Below, in pieces: positions 35,494-38,469 of a stretch of DNA of 38,469 bases. The stretch is from NCBI GenBank assembly GCA_050303635.1, contig JBNLCD010000003.1:1-38469 (forward strand), given 5' to 3'. This stretch comes from Anaerolineae bacterium. Its GTDB lineage: Bacteria > Chloroflexota > Anaerolineae > Aggregatilineales > J027. The stretch's first letter is position 1; every line of letters begins with the position of its first letter. The position numbers and the translations under genes were made by a program. The notes beneath the pieces were generated by a model. It worked only from the letters and a program-made list of their open reading frames with translations. It did not search any database and had not been told where the DNA came from.

Positions 35494-36795
35494 TTACTCA
35501 GCCATTGCCTCATCGACAGCGGTTTGAATTTGTTCAATAGCTTCATCAAGCGTGAGTTCACCCACAATAACTTGTGTCAAGCGATCACGGATGTTGGTGT
35601 TCAAAACAAAGCCATATGGATGATATTGAAGATTGTAAGCTTCATCCGCCAACTTCGGAACTTCAGCCAAGAAAACATTGAGCGCATTCAAAACAGCTTC
35701 ATCATCAGTTTGGTATTCAACACCAGCGTTAGCAACACCAATGTGGCCGGGGATGAAGAGTGAACCAGCCGTAAATTCAGCCAGATTTTCTTCTTGGACA
35801 AGCCAATCCATCAACATCGCAACTTCTTCGGGATGGGCTGTAGTATTCATCGCTGTCAAAACAGCACCACCGGGGATACCTGTGCTACCACCAGGGCCGT
35901 ACGGATTCGGGACAGCTTCCCAGTCAAAGGAATCACCAATATTGGTGGCGAAGTAACCAATTTGCCAGCTACCACTCATATAGAATACCAAGTTACCGCT
36001 TGCAAATTCAACTTTACCATCTTGATATTGGTCACCACTACCCACCCAGATTTCGGTGGCGGTGATTTCATCTTCGTGCCAGCCAACAATCATTTCAGCC
36101 GTCGCGCGGAAACCTTCGCTATCAACTGTGATAGAACCATCTTCGTTGACATAGGTAGCACCCAATGAGACCGATGGACCCCAGACACGGTGACCGGAGC
36201 GATCGATCGCCACAGCATACGGAACGCCTGTGATTTCAGCAACTTCAGTCGCGGCACTTACCCAGTCTTCCCAGGTGGGTTCTTCCATCATATCACTTGG
36301 TACATCAACACCAGCTTGTTCGAAGAGGGTGCGGTTAATGAATGGACCTGTAATCGTAAATTGGGTGGGGAAACCGTAAATACCTGTATCATCTGGGCCA
36401 CTGCGGAAGGAATTCAAAACGGGTTCAGCAAAATTTGCTTCCCAGTAATCAACGTCAACCCATTCACTCATGTCTAGATAGAATGGACGGAAGCGAGCGG
36501 TGTCAGTTACACGCGCCATATCGGGCGCTTCTTCACCTGCACCTTCAACTTGGGCTTGCAAAATATCATGCAAGTCAGCATAGCCAACTGTATCTAATTC
36601 AACTTTAATACCATCATGTTCTTCTTCAAAACGATCAAGGAGGCCACGCATGACTTCGCCTTCATTACCGTCGTCATACCACAAAATACGCAACACAACA
36701 TCATCTTGGGCTTGTACAGACGATTGGGCCGGAACTAGTGCCAGTGCCATTACTACAATGGCAACCAACAACGCAACAGATACTAATTTACGCAT
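35494..36795 (-). CDS. Sugar ABC transporter substrate-binding protein
   Basis: Signal peptide; APDMARVT, IYGFP, FINRTLFEQAGV, PTWEDW, SGSWQI. Confidence 0.92.
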   Translation of the reverse strand: MRKLVSVALLVAIVVMALALVPAQSSVQAQDDVVLRILWYDDGNEGEVMRGLLDRFEEEHDGIKVELDTVGYADLHDILQAQVEGAGEEAPDMARVTDTARFRPFYLDMSEWVDVDYWEANFAEPVLNSFRSGPDDTGIYGFPTQFTITGPFINRTLFEQAGVDVPSDMMEEPTWEDWVSAATEVAEITGVPYAVAIDRSGHRVWGPSVSLGATYVNEDGSITVDSEGFRATAEMIVGWHEDEITATEIWVGSGDQYQDGKVEFASGNLVFYMSGSWQIGYFATNIGDSFDWEAVPNPYGPGGSTGIPGGAVLTAMNTTAHPEEVAMLMDWLVQEENLAEFTAGSLFIPGHIGVANAGVEYQTDDEAVLNALNVFLAEVPKLADEAYNLQYHPYGFVLNTNIRDRLTQVIVGELTLDEAIEQIQTAVDEAMAE

Positions 36796-37122
36796 GGGGT
36801 TGGTTTACTCCTAGTAACTATTTGTAAATAAATTAAAGCTCTGAGGTTAAACAAATTTCAAAAAAATCCTAACCTCCCAAAGGTGATTGTAACAACTTAA
36901 ATGGGGTTTGCCACCTTATTTAAGAATTTTTTTCCAAAGTTTAAAAATTCTTAAATTTGATTGTATCCTACTTTGAAAACTTTGCCAAATTGAATAGATT
37001 CGACGTATTTCGCTGAAATATCGAAAGAAAGAACGGTTTAGGCTACTCTTGAAAAAGACGTGTAAGATGAAACAAGTTCGGTCAGACTAATAACTGTAAC
37101 TAAAAACTTGGGAGATGTTTAT

Positions 37123-38438
37123 ATGAAATTTCGCTGGAGAACAATTGCTTTGCTACTGATGTTGAGTAGCAGTTTATTTTGGGAACAAGTTTCAGCGGTG
37201 TATATGCAAGGCAATAATGAAATCACGCATGATGAATTAATAGGATTGCCATCTCTTATTCTATTGACAGTGAATCGAGATGGCAACAACGATCTCGCCT
37301 TGTACAACTGGGAAACCGATGAACTTAGCTATATTGTCACATCTGAGGCGGATGATGGCCATGCCACATGGTCACCGGATGGTTCACAGATTGCTTTTCA
37401 AACAAATCGTGACGGCAATTGGGAGATTTATCTTTATGACGTGGCAACTGAAGTATTACGAAATTTGACAAATGCCTCATCCAACGAGATGTATCCGAAC
37501 TGGACGCCGAATGGTCAAGTGGTGCACATGAGTGACCGCTCTGGTGAACCCGCTCTGTATATCAGTGACCCCACAACTGACGAGATCTCAGGTTTGACGG
37601 ATAACGATACCTGTGCGCCTGATTATCATCCGAATTTTCACCACTTGGAAATGCACTGGCTTATCGGGCGGATTGTGCGGGCTCAGGGGATATTTGGCTT
37701 CTGGATTTAGAAAATGATGAACGCACCAACTTGACACCAGACTCCGATGCCACCGATCGTTATCCGGCATGGTCACCGAATGGTGAGCAAATTTTATTTG
37801 TCAGTCATCGCGATACCAGCCAAGAAATCTATGTGATGGATAGGGATGGTGCCAATCTAACGAATTTAAGTGATCACGAAGCAACTGATAATCAAAGTAG
37901 TTGGTCGCCGGATGGTCAATTTATCATTTTTATTAGTGATCGGGCTGGTACCAATGACTTATGGATTATGGCCGCAGATGGTTCACGTCAAACTAAACTG
38001 TTGAGCACAGGTGACAATCTGAATTGGCCGTGGTGGCAACCCATCGTTGAATCTAAAGGAGAAATGGCAATGAGTGGACAAGGCAATGCGGATGTTGAAT
38101 TTGTAAAAGCAACCGAGCAATCGAATGGCACATGGCGTTTCACCGTCACCGTTCGCCATCCTGATACAGGCTGGGAAGATTATGCGGATGGTTGGGATGT
38201 GGTTCTTCCCGATGGCACCGTACTAAAAGCAACTGATGATTCCTTTACCCGCTTACTGTTGCATCCCCATGAAACGGAACAACCCTTTACACGCAGTCAG
38301 AGTAGTATTGTGATCCCCGAAGGCATCACGACGGTTACGGTTCGCGCACATGATTTAGTTGATGGTTAGGGTGGCCAAGAAGTGTTGGTCGATTTAACTG
38401 AAGATTCTGGCGAGAATTTTGAAGTTATTCGCCAATAA
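37123..38438 (+). pseudogene. TolB-like (PD40-repeat) secreted protein with a His-rich C-terminal domain, disrupted twice
   Basis: WSPDG repeats occur in both ORFs; one missing T in the run at 37635-37638 joins them (PNFSPLGNALAYRAD); in-frame TAG at 38367 is followed by GGQEVLVDL...RQ* ending 38438. Confidence 0.8.
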
Positions 38439-38469
38439 TCGCGTAATATCTATTCTAGGCTGATTTTGG

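Overview
Bacterial chromosomal window, most likely Chloroflexota (Anaerolineae-like). This is inferred from gene content: LuxR-ATPase-TPR regulator, WD40 proteins, translin, membrane-anchored Cas4-like pair, orphan DnaB-like ATPase and giant FtsX permeases. Left to right: WD40 gene end, MFS exporter, two tandem secreted paralogues plus a relic third copy, a LuxR/STAND regulator and tRNA-Arg(ACG). Next come an HNH nuclease, a small HTH gene and about 1.5 kb of largely non-coding structured sequence, then translin, a split Cas4-like pair, flavin reductase, CinA/PncC, a double-FHA protein, a DnaB-like ATPase and initiator tRNA-Met. The rest is a four-gene type VII ABC system, methyltransferase, polA, a WD40 protein, a lipoprotein, a sugar ABC importer and a twice-disrupted TolB-like pseudogene. 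The strongest unexplained signal is an about 480-nt highly base-paired element (8161-8637) with a pseudoknot and a mutually exclusive terminator/antiterminator. It follows a twin-promoter HTH gene and precedes small ORFs, translin and the split Cas4-like genes. Also notable are a circularly permuted fasciclin domain inside a MalG-type permease and a LexA-like box at polA. No CRISPR array, integrase or transposase was seen. All calls come from manual reading; no searches or folding were run.
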